Virus record (IMG/VR): IMGVR_UViG_3300018049_001835
DNA from: an uncultured virus (IMG/VR IMGVR_UViG_3300018049_001835)
Lineage: Duplodnaviria > Heunggongvirae > Uroviricota > Caudoviricetes
Strand: one strand, 5' to 3'
DNA: 64,000 nucleotides
The notes under the pieces were generated by a model that saw only the letters and a list, made by a program, of their open reading frames with translations, was not told the DNA's origin and made no database searches. Each line of letters begins with the position of its first letter. Positions within the stretch are counted from its first letter, which is position 1. A program made the position numbers and the translations under genes. This document shows, piece after piece, positions 39,735 through 48,504 of this stretch.

Positions 39735-40723
39735 TGAGGATACCTCGCTTGTAATGGTTCTGCGAAATAACTAACTTGATCAGCTATTCGTTGCATATCC
39801 CATTTAGCACAGAACTTCATAAGACGTACACCTACTTGTGATATGTTCTTAGGATTTTCTGTTGCATTGTTAATTACATCATTAATCATTACTCTTATAT
39901 CGTTAGGTTGTGCTGTCAAGTCACATAATGTAACATTACGATTATAGTCATCTAGCACACGATGTTCAACACCTTCATGATCTACCCAACGTTGTAACAT
40001 CATGTTATTCCAGTTGTAACCTTTTGTAGCCTTATCTTCAAATGCTTCAATAAGTCCGACTTTATTCTTAGTGCCTTTTTTGCGTACACCTGGATAAGCA
40101 CTAAACACATTATCACTTGTATCTCCACGCATACACTTTTCAAATAACATAAATGCAGGATCAGGTGCAGGCTTCGGCTCGCCTGTTTTCTTGTCTATAA
40201 CAGGCTGTCGCTTCTTGTCATCAAAGTACCCTTCGTGTGTAATAATAGTGTTGCTTACACCATTGTATTGCTTTACGTTAGGTGCAATTAGTTGTGCAAA
40301 GTCGCCATCTGTACTAACAATAATATGATTATCGTTAGGGTGATTCTGTACCCAACCTGCAATAAGATCATCTGCTTCTAGTTGCGGATGTTGCATAACA
40401 GTACAGTTTGTCTTTTCACTAACAAAGTTTTTAAACTCGTCAAAGATTTCCCAAAACACTTTATCTTCTTCTGCTTGTACAGGAGACATAGCATCGCGAG
40501 TTTCTTGACGGTTACGCTTGTAAGGCTCGTAAAAGTCCTTACGCCAGCTGCGACCTTCTAAGCAGAATACAACATGATCTGCATCAAAGTCTTGCCACGC
40601 TTTCTTAACACTATTAAAAGTAATGTGTAAAGCCATACCGACTTTAGTATCTACATCGCCACGTACTACATGACGAGCTCTAAAGAAAGTATTTGCTGTA
40701 TCAACTAGTATATAAGTTGCCAT
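39731..40723 (-). CDS. rnh: T4 RNase H-like 5'-3' exonuclease / flap nuclease
   Basis: ILVDTAN, SWRKDFYEPYKRNR, LEADDLI, STDGDF, GDTSDNV. Confidence 0.85.
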   Translation of the reverse strand: MATYILVDTANTFFRARHVVRGDVDTKVGMALHITFNSVKKAWQDFDADHVVFCLEGRSWRKDFYEPYKRNRQETRDAMSPVQAEEDKVFWEIFDEFKNFVSEKTNCTVMQHPQLEADDLIAGWVQNHPNDNHIIVSTDGDFAQLIAPNVKQYNGVSNTIITHEGYFDDKKRQPVIDKKTGEPKPAPDPAFMLFEKCMRGDTSDNVFSAYPGVRKKGTKNKVGLIEAFEDKATKGYNWNNMMLQRWVDHEGVEHRVLDDYNRNVTLCDLTAQPNDIRVMINDVINNATENPKNISQVGVRLMKFCAKWDMQRIADQVSYFAEPLQARYPQ

Positions 40724-41108
40724 TTAGTTCTTCCTGTACATAACGTTTCAATTCATGGTCGCTGATGTTGTCAGGTATCTCATTTTTGTAAAACAATCGA
40801 TAACTGTCACTACCGTATTTCCCAATTCCATATAACATTGTAGCATCATTTCCGTCCCATGTCAAGTAATCTTCTGACATCTTACGTAGTCTTTTTTCAC
40901 GAACATTTACCATACCTAACGGTTTAATAATATTTTTTATTGTTTCAGAAGTAGTATTAAGTAAATGTATTGGAGTAGGACATGCTGTAAAGAGAGCAGG
41001 AAGAACTCTTTTTACTTGTTTACGGTTTGTTTGATTTAAACAAATAACACCTACCATATGTTGCCATACAGTAGATACTTGCTGTTGCACCATTAAATCA
41101 TCACGCAT
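40701..41108 (-). CDS. MBD4-like HhH DNA glycosylase
   Basis: WQHMVGVICLNQT, IKPLG, LYGIGKYGSDSYRLF, DHEL. Confidence 0.75.
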   Translation of the reverse strand: MRDDLMVQQQVSTVWQHMVGVICLNQTNRKQVKRVLPALFTACPTPIHLLNTTSETIKNIIKPLGMVNVREKRLRKMSEDYLTWDGNDATMLYGIGKYGSDSYRLFYKNEIPDNISDHELKRYVQEELNGNLYTS

Positions 41109-41433
41109 AGCGTTTCCCATCAAACACACAAATAAATTCTAACCAAAATGGTCCATCTGTATTATAGACTTTATGAAATACATTGTCTTCTATTAAAACA
41201 ACGTCTCCCTCTTTTACATCAAATATTTTATGATCAAGTTCCATTTGTCCTTGACCTTTTGTAAAGATGTATACTTCTTCTTGACCAGCATGTCTATGAC
41301 CGTTAGTAGACTGACCTGCTCGTAATTTAGTTTTACTTACTACAAGATTTTTTAAACTAGTGTTATCAAATAGTTGATATTGCTCATTATCTTTTACTAA
41401 TTTTCCACCAATATCGTCTATGTTGTATAACAT
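41101..41433 (-). CDS. cupin-domain protein
   Basis: GHRH...EEVYIF..G.G...GDVVLI...FHKV. Confidence 0.8.
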   Translation of the reverse strand: MLYNIDDIGGKLVKDNEQYQLFDNTSLKNLVVSKTKLRAGQSTNGHRHAGQEEVYIFTKGQGQMELDHKIFDVKEGDVVLIEDNVFHKVYNTDGPFWLEFICVFDGKRYA

Positions 41434-41828
41434 TATGACACCTCTGACTTTCCTTTATCAATAGGAACTACATTAATATAGCCCATATCTCTATCAGTGC
41501 TTTGGCCTTCTTCGCCTAGCATTTGTCGCACTAAAGATTGAAACCATTGATCAACAATTTGCTCATTTGTTTCTCCTTTGTATCCTGCATCAAGTAACTG
41601 TTCAATAAACTCATTGTTCCAATCAAGTTCAAAGAAACCGTTTCGAATGTTATCAGGATTAACTTGCGTATCTAGTACCGCTACCCAAGGCTCTCCTTTT
41701 TTTGTAGCCTGTGCCTTTTCTTCTTCCAGTGCCGCCCTACGTATATCTTCAGGGGTCTTTTCTTCAACAGGTGTATCAATTTTAGATTGTATACCTGCAT
41801 CACGTATTAATTTTTTCCACCATCCCAT
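41433..41828 (-). CDS. hypothetical protein
   Basis: 131 aa, TAATG coupling. Confidence 0.65.
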   Translation of the reverse strand: MGWWKKLIRDAGIQSKIDTPVEEKTPEDIRRAALEEEKAQATKKGEPWVAVLDTQVNPDNIRNGFFELDWNNEFIEQLLDAGYKGETNEQIVDQWFQSLVRQMLGEEGQSTDRDMGYINVVPIDKGKSEVS

Positions 41829-41947
41829 TATAGTCCTGCCTCCCTAGCACGAGTTTCTAAGTCGTTTACTTTTTCCACTTTACGCTCACGCTGTTCTTGT
41901 TTAATAAAATCATCTGGATCAAAAGCATTCTCAAGTCCCCCACGCAT
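41828..41947 (-). CDS. small hypothetical protein (39 aa)
   Basis: MRGGLENAF...EAGL fills the gap after queE; the longer track ORF is a shadow extension. Confidence 0.45.
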   Translation of the reverse strand: MRGGLENAFDPDDFIKQEQRERKVEKVNDLETRAREAGL

Positions 41948-42815
41948 TTCCGAATAAGTCGATGTGGAGTCTTGGAGTGAAGCGCCATCCTTTTTCCATA
42001 CAGAGTTCAGCCACTTCTTGAATGTTGAGCTTGTATTCTTCGCTCCTTCCACCCAGCGGCATAAGATATACCGGACATTCCACCCCGGCGTTTCTATAAC
42101 TCTCCACAGCCCTGCCAGCTTCAATAACATCAGTTTCGTCAGCGACAACAAACTTAAAGTAAAGGTCACTACCGTCAACATCGATATACTGACTAGCAAT
42201 ATCAGGCTTAATAGCATCTTCCCAGCGTTCTCCGCTAACTGAAAGTTTTGGGGAACAACTCCAAGTAACTCTAAATCTGTCTTGATTGCTGAGATACTCT
42301 TTGAAATCGTCTCGTAAGTTTTGTGTAGTGTTTGTTTCAAATGTAACATTTTTCAAATCCTGCATACGTGGATGTTCTAATAAATCAGCATAAAACCTTT
42401 GCCATCCTAACAAAGGCTCGCCGCCTGTAAATATTAAATGGATATCTTGTCCATTGTCCATTGTCCACTTGCCTTCTGGAGTAAGTGACAATAAATGTTC
42501 AACAACTTCATCTACAGTTCTATCCATCATAAACTTTTTAAACTCAGGATAGATACTTGCATATGTATCACAACCTGTATGTATTACAGGCAAGTCCTCA
42601 AACTTTTCAACAGTGTTGATAATATTACTATCTAGTAATTTTTTTACTTCTGGATTATGTTTTACACCATCTGCTCTTGCAGGTGTTCCACGTTCTAATC
42701 CAAAGTTCATACAACGAAAGTTACAACCAAATGTACGTAGGAACACACTAGGTACTCCTACAAACTTTCCTTCACCTTGTACACTATAAAATGCTTCTGA
42801 ATAACGTAGTTTCAT
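41931..42815 (-). CDS. queE: 7-carboxy-7-deazaguanine synthase (radical SAM)
   Basis: YSEAFYSVQGEG..G.PSVFLRTFGCNFRC...GCDT, TGGEPL, FETN, SPKL, PRLH. Confidence 0.85.
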   Translation of the reverse strand: MKLRYSEAFYSVQGEGKFVGVPSVFLRTFGCNFRCMNFGLERGTPARADGVKHNPEVKKLLDSNIINTVEKFEDLPVIHTGCDTYASIYPEFKKFMMDRTVDEVVEHLLSLTPEGKWTMDNGQDIHLIFTGGEPLLGWQRFYADLLEHPRMQDLKNVTFETNTTQNLRDDFKEYLSNQDRFRVTWSCSPKLSVSGERWEDAIKPDIASQYIDVDGSDLYFKFVVADETDVIEAGRAVESYRNAGVECPVYLMPLGGRSEEYKLNIQEVAELCMEKGWRFTPRLHIDLFGNAWGT

Positions 42816-42821
42816 ATCTAC

Positions 42822-43511
42822 CTACTTTCCACAACTAAATTCTTGTTGTAATTTAATATTGTCAAAGAACTCTTTCTTTGTACCAGGATCATTCTTAAAT
42901 GCACCTTTTAGTACAGTAGTCTGTGTCAATGAACTAGTTGCCATTATGCCTCTATTCTCACAACAACCGTGTGTTGCTTGAATATAAACACCTAAGTGAT
43001 CTGCATTAGTTGCAAGTTGAATTTGTTTTGCAATTTCATTTGCAAGTTCTTCTTGTAGTGTACCACGTCTAGCACACCACTGTGCAATACGTGTATACTT
43101 TGAAAGACCGATAAGTTTTGCACTTGCAATAATACCAATATACGCTACACCGCTTACTGGTTGATGATGATGCGAACATACACTTTTAAGTTCGCTACGT
43201 ACAACTAGCATACCTTCGTAGCGTTCATCGCTATCGTTCGGAAACGCTGTTGCACTAGGAATAGTATCATAACGTCCAGCCATTAGTTCATTAAAGTACA
43301 TTTTAGCAAGACGTCTTGCTGTACCTTGTGAATTAGGATCGTTATGTCTATCAATTAGCAACGTATCTAAAACATTTTCAAATGCTACAGTTGCTTCTTC
43401 AATAAGTTCTTCTTTGTCGCCTTTCTGAAATACTTCTGAAATGTTGTCACCTGCCCAATAGCGGATACCAGCATCTTTAAGACGTACAGTTAATTCTTTA
43501 CTTTTGCTCAT
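42822..43511 (-). CDS. folE: GTP cyclohydrolase I
   Basis: SVCSHH, IGLSKYTR, RRGTLQE, ATHGCCENRG. Confidence 0.92.
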   Translation of the reverse strand: MSKSKELTVRLKDAGIRYWAGDNISEVFQKGDKEELIEEATVAFENVLDTLLIDRHNDPNSQGTARRLAKMYFNELMAGRYDTIPSATAFPNDSDERYEGMLVVRSELKSVCSHHHQPVSGVAYIGIIASAKLIGLSKYTRIAQWCARRGTLQEELANEIAKQIQLATNADHLGVYIQATHGCCENRGIMATSSLTQTTVLKGAFKNDPGTKKEFFDNIKLQQEFSCGK

Positions 43512-43553
43512 TTAATTCTCCGAGTTATAGACGAGGATGTCTATTAATTGTAT

Positions 43554-43582
43554 ATTATATACTTTATTTAGGTTTTTGTCAA
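43554..43582 (-). promoter_or_regulatory. sigma70-type promoter for folE-queE
   Basis: TTGACA-17-TATAAT on the minus strand. Confidence 0.85.
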
Positions 43583-43599
43583 GTATATTATCTATGGTT

Positions 43600-43806
43600 T
43601 TAACCAAAATACTTTTCCAACATTTCTAAACGGTCATTTGCCGTAGCCATTGCATCTAGTTCTTTCTGTATCGTTTCAACAATATCAGAGTGTTCGCCGA
43701 TGCCTACTACTTTTTGCATATAGACTTCAATGTTAGTTTTGTGCAATTCAATCTCCGCCTCTGCGTGTTTCTTTGCCGCATTAATTAAGTTTTCTCTCAA
43801 CTCCAT
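43600..43806 (-). CDS. small coiled-coil hypothetical protein
   Basis: 68 aa, VGIGEHSD motif, AAGGA SD. Confidence 0.7.
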   Translation of the reverse strand: MELRENLINAAKKHAEAEIELHKTNIEVYMQKVVGIGEHSDIVETIQKELDAMATANDRLEMLEKYFG

Positions 43807-43816
43807 TTTCCTTTCC

Positions 43817-44194
43817 TTATTTTTTGTAGTTGCCTTTGCCCGGTATTACATTACGTACACCACCAACAGGGTCCGGACAATCCCCATCTCTACGGAATAT
43901 TAAATGTACGTGTGGATACATGCATGTTTGTCCTGCACTAGTACCTATATTTAGACCAATGTTGAACCCTGTAATGTTATTACTGGCTTCTACATTTTGT
44001 TGTCCCATAGCAAGTGCAAACTTAAAACATTTTAGTAAATTTTCTTCTGTAGATTCCTTAGGTACAACAAGAGTATGCCCGTCTGTAACAGGAAACCCAT
44101 CTTCATAAACAACAAAGTCTCTTGTGTTTAAAGAAACAGTAGACCATGGTGCTCTATTTTCTTGTTGTGCTAGTTCTAAGTTATCTACTTTCAT
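43817..44194 (-). CDS. HIT-family nucleotide hydrolase
   Basis: DGFPVTDGHTLVVPK, GFNIG.N.G..AGQT..YPHVHLI. Confidence 0.85.
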   Translation of the reverse strand: MKVDNLELAQQENRAPWSTVSLNTRDFVVYEDGFPVTDGHTLVVPKESTEENLLKCFKFALAMGQQNVEASNNITGFNIGLNIGTSAGQTCMYPHVHLIFRRDGDCPDPVGGVRNVIPGKGNYKK

Positions 44195-44763
44195 TGTCCT
44201 ACATTCTCCCACGGATAAACTAGCCAAACATCTTCTTCTGCTTTATTAACTTCGTGTACACTGTAGTCTACTGTGCCCTTAAACTCACTAGAAAGATTAT
44301 CAGTAATAACCGCAAATCGAACATTACGATGCCATACACTATCCCATCCACTTGTTTCTTGCGGTAGACAACTACTCATCCAATCTTGTTTGATCCAATT
44401 TAATGTTGCACCTGTGTCATTGATGTCGTCTACAATAAGAATGTTTTTACGTTTGTTTAAGTCCCAACGACTTTTAAGAATTTTACGTTCTTCTTCATCT
44501 ACATAACCAAATGCATCTTCACTCATCCAACAGTTAGATTCGCATTCGCTATCATCGTCACGCAAACTAACTTTAAGTGCTTCGCAACGTATACCTAACA
44601 TATGTGATAATATAGTAGCGGGAATATTGCCGCCACGTGTAATGCCTACGATGTAATCAGGCTTCCAATTGTCATTGTACATTTGCAATGCAATACTTAA
44701 ACATGCACGTTCAATATCTGCCCAATCATAATACTGTTTTTTAACCACGCTGTGACCTCTCAT
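44191..44763 (-). CDS. type I phosphoribosyltransferase (xanthine/guanine PRT-like)
   Basis: IVGITRGG, ILIVDDINDTGAT PRPP-binding loop, WLVYPWE; start may be GTG (VVKK). Confidence 0.85.
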   Translation of the reverse strand: MRGHSVVKKQYYDWADIERACLSIALQMYNDNWKPDYIVGITRGGNIPATILSHMLGIRCEALKVSLRDDDSECESNCWMSEDAFGYVDEEERKILKSRWDLNKRKNILIVDDINDTGATLNWIKQDWMSSCLPQETSGWDSVWHRNVRFAVITDNLSSEFKGTVDYSVHEVNKAEEDVWLVYPWENVGQ

Positions 44764-45013
44764 AATTTTGTAGTAATTCTTCAGTTTTTATCTTGCTTCC
44801 AAGAACTCTTTTTCTTCCATCTGAACATGTACGATGTATTAGTCCACTGTTATATTCAATATCAATAACACTTCCGTTTTCTGTATCTTCAGGAAAATTA
44901 TCGTAATGCATAGAATCTATTCTATGTGCATGAATTGCTTTTACAGTGTTAGCCCATTCCTCTGCAGCTAGTTGTAAACGTCTCCTTTCTACTAAATCAT
45001 CATACTGGCCCAT
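44741..45013 (-). CDS. hypothetical protein
   Basis: 90 aa, AAGGAG SD. Confidence 0.6.
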   Translation of the reverse strand: MGQYDDLVERRRLQLAAEEWANTVKAIHAHRIDSMHYDNFPEDTENGSVIDIEYNSGLIHRTCSDGRKRVLGSKIKTEELLQNYERSQRG

Positions 45014-45014
45014 A

Positions 45015-45494
45015 TTACTCCTTATATAAATATTTTTTATGGTTTACCCATCTGTAACCTTGTGTTGCTACAAAAGGAAGAAAGCCCCAATCTTGTGCTT
45101 TCTTGCCCATGTAGAATAAACTCCAACAAGGTATTTCATTTCCGTTCTCATCTTTTTCAAGTTCAAGCCAATGTAGATCATCTGCTTTTCTAAAACGAAA
45201 GTGTCCAGGTCCTCTCCAAACTCGAGTTGCACCTACTACAAAACCTTCTTGAGATCGAATAGGAATATGCTCCCAATAACCACCTTTAATAATAAATGTT
45301 GCATAGTTCCATGGATGATCGTGTAAAACTTTTTCATCGCTTTTTAAAACTTTATGTAATGTTATATTAAAAGGAAAGTTTTTTCTGTCCTTAAGAAACA
45401 AATAAAATCTAATCAAGTAAGGTTCATTACTGTCTCTATCTGTAATTACTCGACGTCTACCGAGTTTGTCCATAATCTTAGAAAGGAAGGTCAT
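45015..45494 (-). CDS. cupin-like protein
   Basis: LHDHPW..TFIIKGGYWE..HWLEL..WSLF..WGF. Confidence 0.6.
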   Translation of the reverse strand: MTFLSKIMDKLGRRRVITDRDSNEPYLIRFYLFLKDRKNFPFNITLHKVLKSDEKVLHDHPWNYATFIIKGGYWEHIPIRSQEGFVVGATRVWRGPGHFRFRKADDLHWLELEKDENGNEIPCWSLFYMGKKAQDWGFLPFVATQGYRWVNHKKYLYKE

Positions 45495-45816
45495 CTACTT
45501 CTCCTGACTTTTTCTTGCCTTCGTAATCCTGCTTACACATATCGTAAACACTTTTGAAGTTACGCCATACCTTTTCTAATGCAGGATATTGCATGCACAT
45601 TCTTTCAACTTCACTAGGTGAAATACTATTACTATCCCAACTAGTTGTAATGTTATCTAAATTAAATGAATATGTGCTTGAGTCTGTATCATACGTATAT
45701 GTTGTATCAGCTGTTGTGTTAATTGTTATAGTTGAATCAGCTGAAGAAGTAAATAAACTGTTTGCATCTAATGTAAAACTAAATGTGTTATCAGTGTATT
45801 GATCATTACTAGCCAT
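45478..45816 (-). CDS. hypothetical protein (Ser/Thr/Asp-rich N-terminus)
   Basis: Start MASND; C-terminal YPALEKVWRNF..VY motif. Confidence 0.6.
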   Translation of the reverse strand: MASNDQYTDNTFSFTLDANSLFTSSADSTITINTTADTTYTYDTDSSTYSFNLDNITTSWDSNSISPSEVERMCMQYPALEKVWRNFKSVYDMCKQDYEGKKKSGEVDDLPF

Positions 45817-46855
45817 GTTTAATCCTATTATAAATTGCTTCACCTGAGAAAAACTCTTTATTAAGTTTTCTTCTTTGTTTTTCTAAACTTACAAGATAAT
45901 CGTTGTAGTTTTCCATGTAATGACGAATCTTATCAACTAGCAAACCTCTGTACTTTCTATAAGCAAAGTAATCTTCAGTCCATTCACTTGGATACTTAAA
46001 CTCACCTAGTGCCATTTCACTGTAGCTCAGTCTATCAGGCACCATAGGAATAGCATCTACAAGAGCACCTTCATACCAACTAATGCCAAGTGTTTCTTGT
46101 AAGTTAGCACTGAACACCATTTTTGCTTCACCTAGCAAATTATGATAATCATTTTTAGTAAGTGTCTGTTCTTGACATACAACAAATTCGTATTCTGGAA
46201 GTTGGGTTTTTAGATCATGGAAAATTTCTACTTGCTTCTCGGGAGCAATACGATGCGGGAAAAGTATAAGATTTTGCTTCTCCATACCTTTATAACTATC
46301 TAAACTGTTCTTTAGATACTCCATAGGCCAACCAACACGGTGTGTTTTGCTGTCATTAATATCTAAACTTTCAGCAAAAAGATCTATATGAAAATCACTT
46401 GCATAAAAGTTATCATCAAAGCATTCGTACATTGATTGCTCTGCATGACGTACCCAAGGTTTATCACCAATTAACCTACCCAAGAAATCGTGAGGATCAT
46501 AAGAACCAGCATGCCATAAGCCACCGACTCTAATGTCCACGCCCAAGAGCTCAGCCATGTATTTAAGTTGGATAACAGTTGGATTCCACGCATCCGTATA
46601 TAAGAAATAATCTCCATTTTTAATTTTACCTTTGCAAAACATTTCACCAATCTGCTCGAGTTGTTTACTCTTATACACATTAGTACCGCCAAAGTTTAGA
46701 AATGCCCCAGGCGTTGTAGCCTGAGGCGTTTCTCCACCACTGATAACTTCGACACTTACATTTGTAGCACGACGAAGCTGATTAGGAAGATGTTCCTTCC
46801 ACTGTTTAGTATAACGTGTGTCTACAGCTTCAATGTCTACAATGTATACAGTCAT
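45809..46855 (-). CDS. GT-B fold glycosyltransferase (GT4-like)
   Basis: FPHRIAPEKQ, SANLQETLGISWYEG (Ex7E), PDRLSYSE. Confidence 0.75.
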   Translation of the reverse strand: MTVYIVDIEAVDTRYTKQWKEHLPNQLRRATNVSVEVISGGETPQATTPGAFLNFGGTNVYKSKQLEQIGEMFCKGKIKNGDYFLYTDAWNPTVIQLKYMAELLGVDIRVGGLWHAGSYDPHDFLGRLIGDKPWVRHAEQSMYECFDDNFYASDFHIDLFAESLDINDSKTHRVGWPMEYLKNSLDSYKGMEKQNLILFPHRIAPEKQVEIFHDLKTQLPEYEFVVCQEQTLTKNDYHNLLGEAKMVFSANLQETLGISWYEGALVDAIPMVPDRLSYSEMALGEFKYPSEWTEDYFAYRKYRGLLVDKIRHYMENYNDYLVSLEKQRRKLNKEFFSGEAIYNRIKHG

Positions 46856-47085
46856 TAGTTTCTCCTTTGGTTAACACTCTTACCAAGTTTGCGGCTTTTT
46901 GCTTTTAAATGATTCACGTGCCGTTGATAAGCTCTCCATGCATATGACTTTTCGTCATATAAATTTTTTTCATCAAAGACAAATGCAACATTTTTTGCAT
47001 CACCAGTAAATCTACAGAAATCTTTAAAGTTTTCCAAATCTCTAAAGATTTTGTCATAAGCGGGCTTATTGAATTGAATAGCCAT
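46855..47085 (-). CDS. hypothetical protein
   Basis: Start MAIQF with AAGGA SD. Confidence 0.6.
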   Translation of the reverse strand: MAIQFNKPAYDKIFRDLENFKDFCRFTGDAKNVAFVFDEKNLYDEKSYAWRAYQRHVNHLKAKSRKLGKSVNQRRN

Positions 47086-47107
47086 AGTGTGTTTTCCTTT
47101 TGTCTCA

Positions 47108-47560
47108 CTAGCTCTTAGGGTAAAAAATGGAACAGCCGTTTTCGTTGTCTTCAGCGACACTAATCTCTACAAACCGGCCGGGATACTTTGTAGAAATCTC
47201 TTGGTACAAGTCATCTGCGATCATCTCACAGCTCTTGTGATTTAACTCTAGTACGCCTTCGACGTCATAGAGTCGTTGCATCCAGCGTTTAAACTGAATG
47301 AATTCAATGTCGCGGTCGTTATGAAATACTTCAATACGAACACGAAAATGAAAAATATGACGATGTGGAACACCGAGGAAACTTACATCATCCCAATCGC
47401 CAGTTGCTAATTTAGGGTCAGTGTCAGCACCTGGGTACATATGTACACCTTCTTTTGAAAAGGTTACCCAAATACTACGTTCTGCATTTTTTATTCTGTC
47501 ATTCATACTTTCTTCTCTTAATCTACGACCCATGTAGTCGTGATAGGATTCTCGTTGCAT
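47108..47560 (-). CDS. dpdL: QueD-paralog T-fold protein, DpdL-like (putative CDG decarboxylase)
   Basis: FLGVPHRHIF (LxxxHRHxF), DRDIEFI, SCEMIA, VAEDNENG; lacks the QueD CxxxHGH; lies in the deazaguanine locus. Confidence 0.6.
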   Translation of the reverse strand: MQRESYHDYMGRRLREESMNDRIKNAERSIWVTFSKEGVHMYPGADTDPKLATGDWDDVSFLGVPHRHIFHFRVRIEVFHNDRDIEFIQFKRWMQRLYDVEGVLELNHKSCEMIADDLYQEISTKYPGRFVEISVAEDNENGCSIFYPKS

Positions 47561-47567
47561 TGTTTAT

Positions 47568-47596
47568 ATAATACTTTCATTCAATAACTTTGTCAA
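47568..47596 (-). promoter_or_regulatory. sigma70-type promoter
   Basis: TTGACA-17-TATTAT; ATG 47560 follows after a 7 nt gap. Confidence 0.65.
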
Positions 47597-48119
47597 GTCC
47601 ATATTTGCTCCAATCTGTAAATTTTTCTCTATCTAACAGATCGTGTAAACTATGACACCAAACACCTGGGTTAGTTGCCTTAAAATCTACATCATCAATC
47701 TTAATCATTGTGTTGTAGTTCCAAAGTTTCGTGTAAGGCAATGGAACACGAATTTGCGGAATAAAGTTATCTTTTTCACATAGTCCGCCGTCGTGGAACG
47801 TACCTTGTGCTGCACTAAGAGGAATATCAAGTGTGCAAAGAATGTCTTTATTTAAGAAGTATTCGATCATGTCTTCCCATTTACGATAGTAATCGTATAA
47901 ACTTTCGTCATTACACGGATCTTCAGGGTTAAAACTGTGATTAGCACCAAAGAAGATATGTTCGCACTGTTCTTTTTCGTACCAAAATTCAATTTCATCT
48001 ACAGGTTGTACATCTGTAACAAACAGTGTACGCATACCGTAGGCAGGAGTTTTTTCAACTTCAGTACCTACAAAGTATTTTACATTTTCCTGTACGCCGG
48101 TTTCGTAATCTCTTTTCAT
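47577..48119 (-). CDS. hypothetical protein in the deazaguanine locus
   Basis: 180 aa; FVGTEVE.TP..G.RTLFV, HIFFGANHSF, KIDD..F..TNPGVW. Confidence 0.7.
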   Translation of the reverse strand: MKRDYETGVQENVKYFVGTEVEKTPAYGMRTLFVTDVQPVDEIEFWYEKEQCEHIFFGANHSFNPEDPCNDESLYDYYRKWEDMIEYFLNKDILCTLDIPLSAAQGTFHDGGLCEKDNFIPQIRVPLPYTKLWNYNTMIKIDDVDFKATNPGVWCHSLHDLLDREKFTDWSKYGLDKVIE

Positions 48120-48301
48120 CCTTGTTGTGCCTTATGCTGTGCAACACCTGCCGCTTTAGAAAGTTCTGAAAAACGATCAGCAACCTGTCGCATTTCACTT
48201 TCCATAGTTTTATCACGCTCGCCCATTTGTCGAGCCATGTTGTGTAGCAATACAACCATATCGCCGTCTGTTAATGGGGTTCTTCCTTCTGGTAATGGCA
48301 T
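48116..48301 (-). CDS. small hypothetical protein
   Basis: 61 aa, coupled at both ends. Confidence 0.55.
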   Translation of the reverse strand: MPLPEGRTPLTDGDMVVLLHNMARQMGERDKTMESEMRQVADRFSELSKAAGVAQHKAQQG

Positions 48302-48504
48302 TATCCTAGGTCCTTCAATTCTGTTTCAAGCCTGTGTATTTCATCTTTGAGCCAAAGTTTTTTAGTTTTTTTACGGTTAATCTCTCCATCATTTGCAAAC
48401 TTATTGTACAACTCTTTTATTTCGTCGTCAAGTAATCTGTGACGTTTATACAACTCTTGCAAATAATTTGCAATTTTATTGTGCTTCTCCGTGAAGTTGC
48501 TCAT
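48301..48504 (-). CDS. DUF465/YdcH-like small coiled-coil protein
   Basis: H..LDDEI...KKLWLKDEI pattern. Confidence 0.6.
   Translation of the reverse strand: MSNFTEKHNKIANYLQELYKRHRLLDDEIKELYNKFANDGEINRKKTKKLWLKDEIHRLETELKDLG

Noticed and set aside
41828..42349. 173 aa ORF overlapping queE in another frame
   Set aside because: Most of it is a shadow of queE; only the last 39 codons (from ATG 41947) lie largely outside queE and are kept
47108..47560. Calling this canonical QueD
   Set aside because: It has HRH rather than CxxxHGH; a true QueD may be elsewhere in the genome or host-supplied
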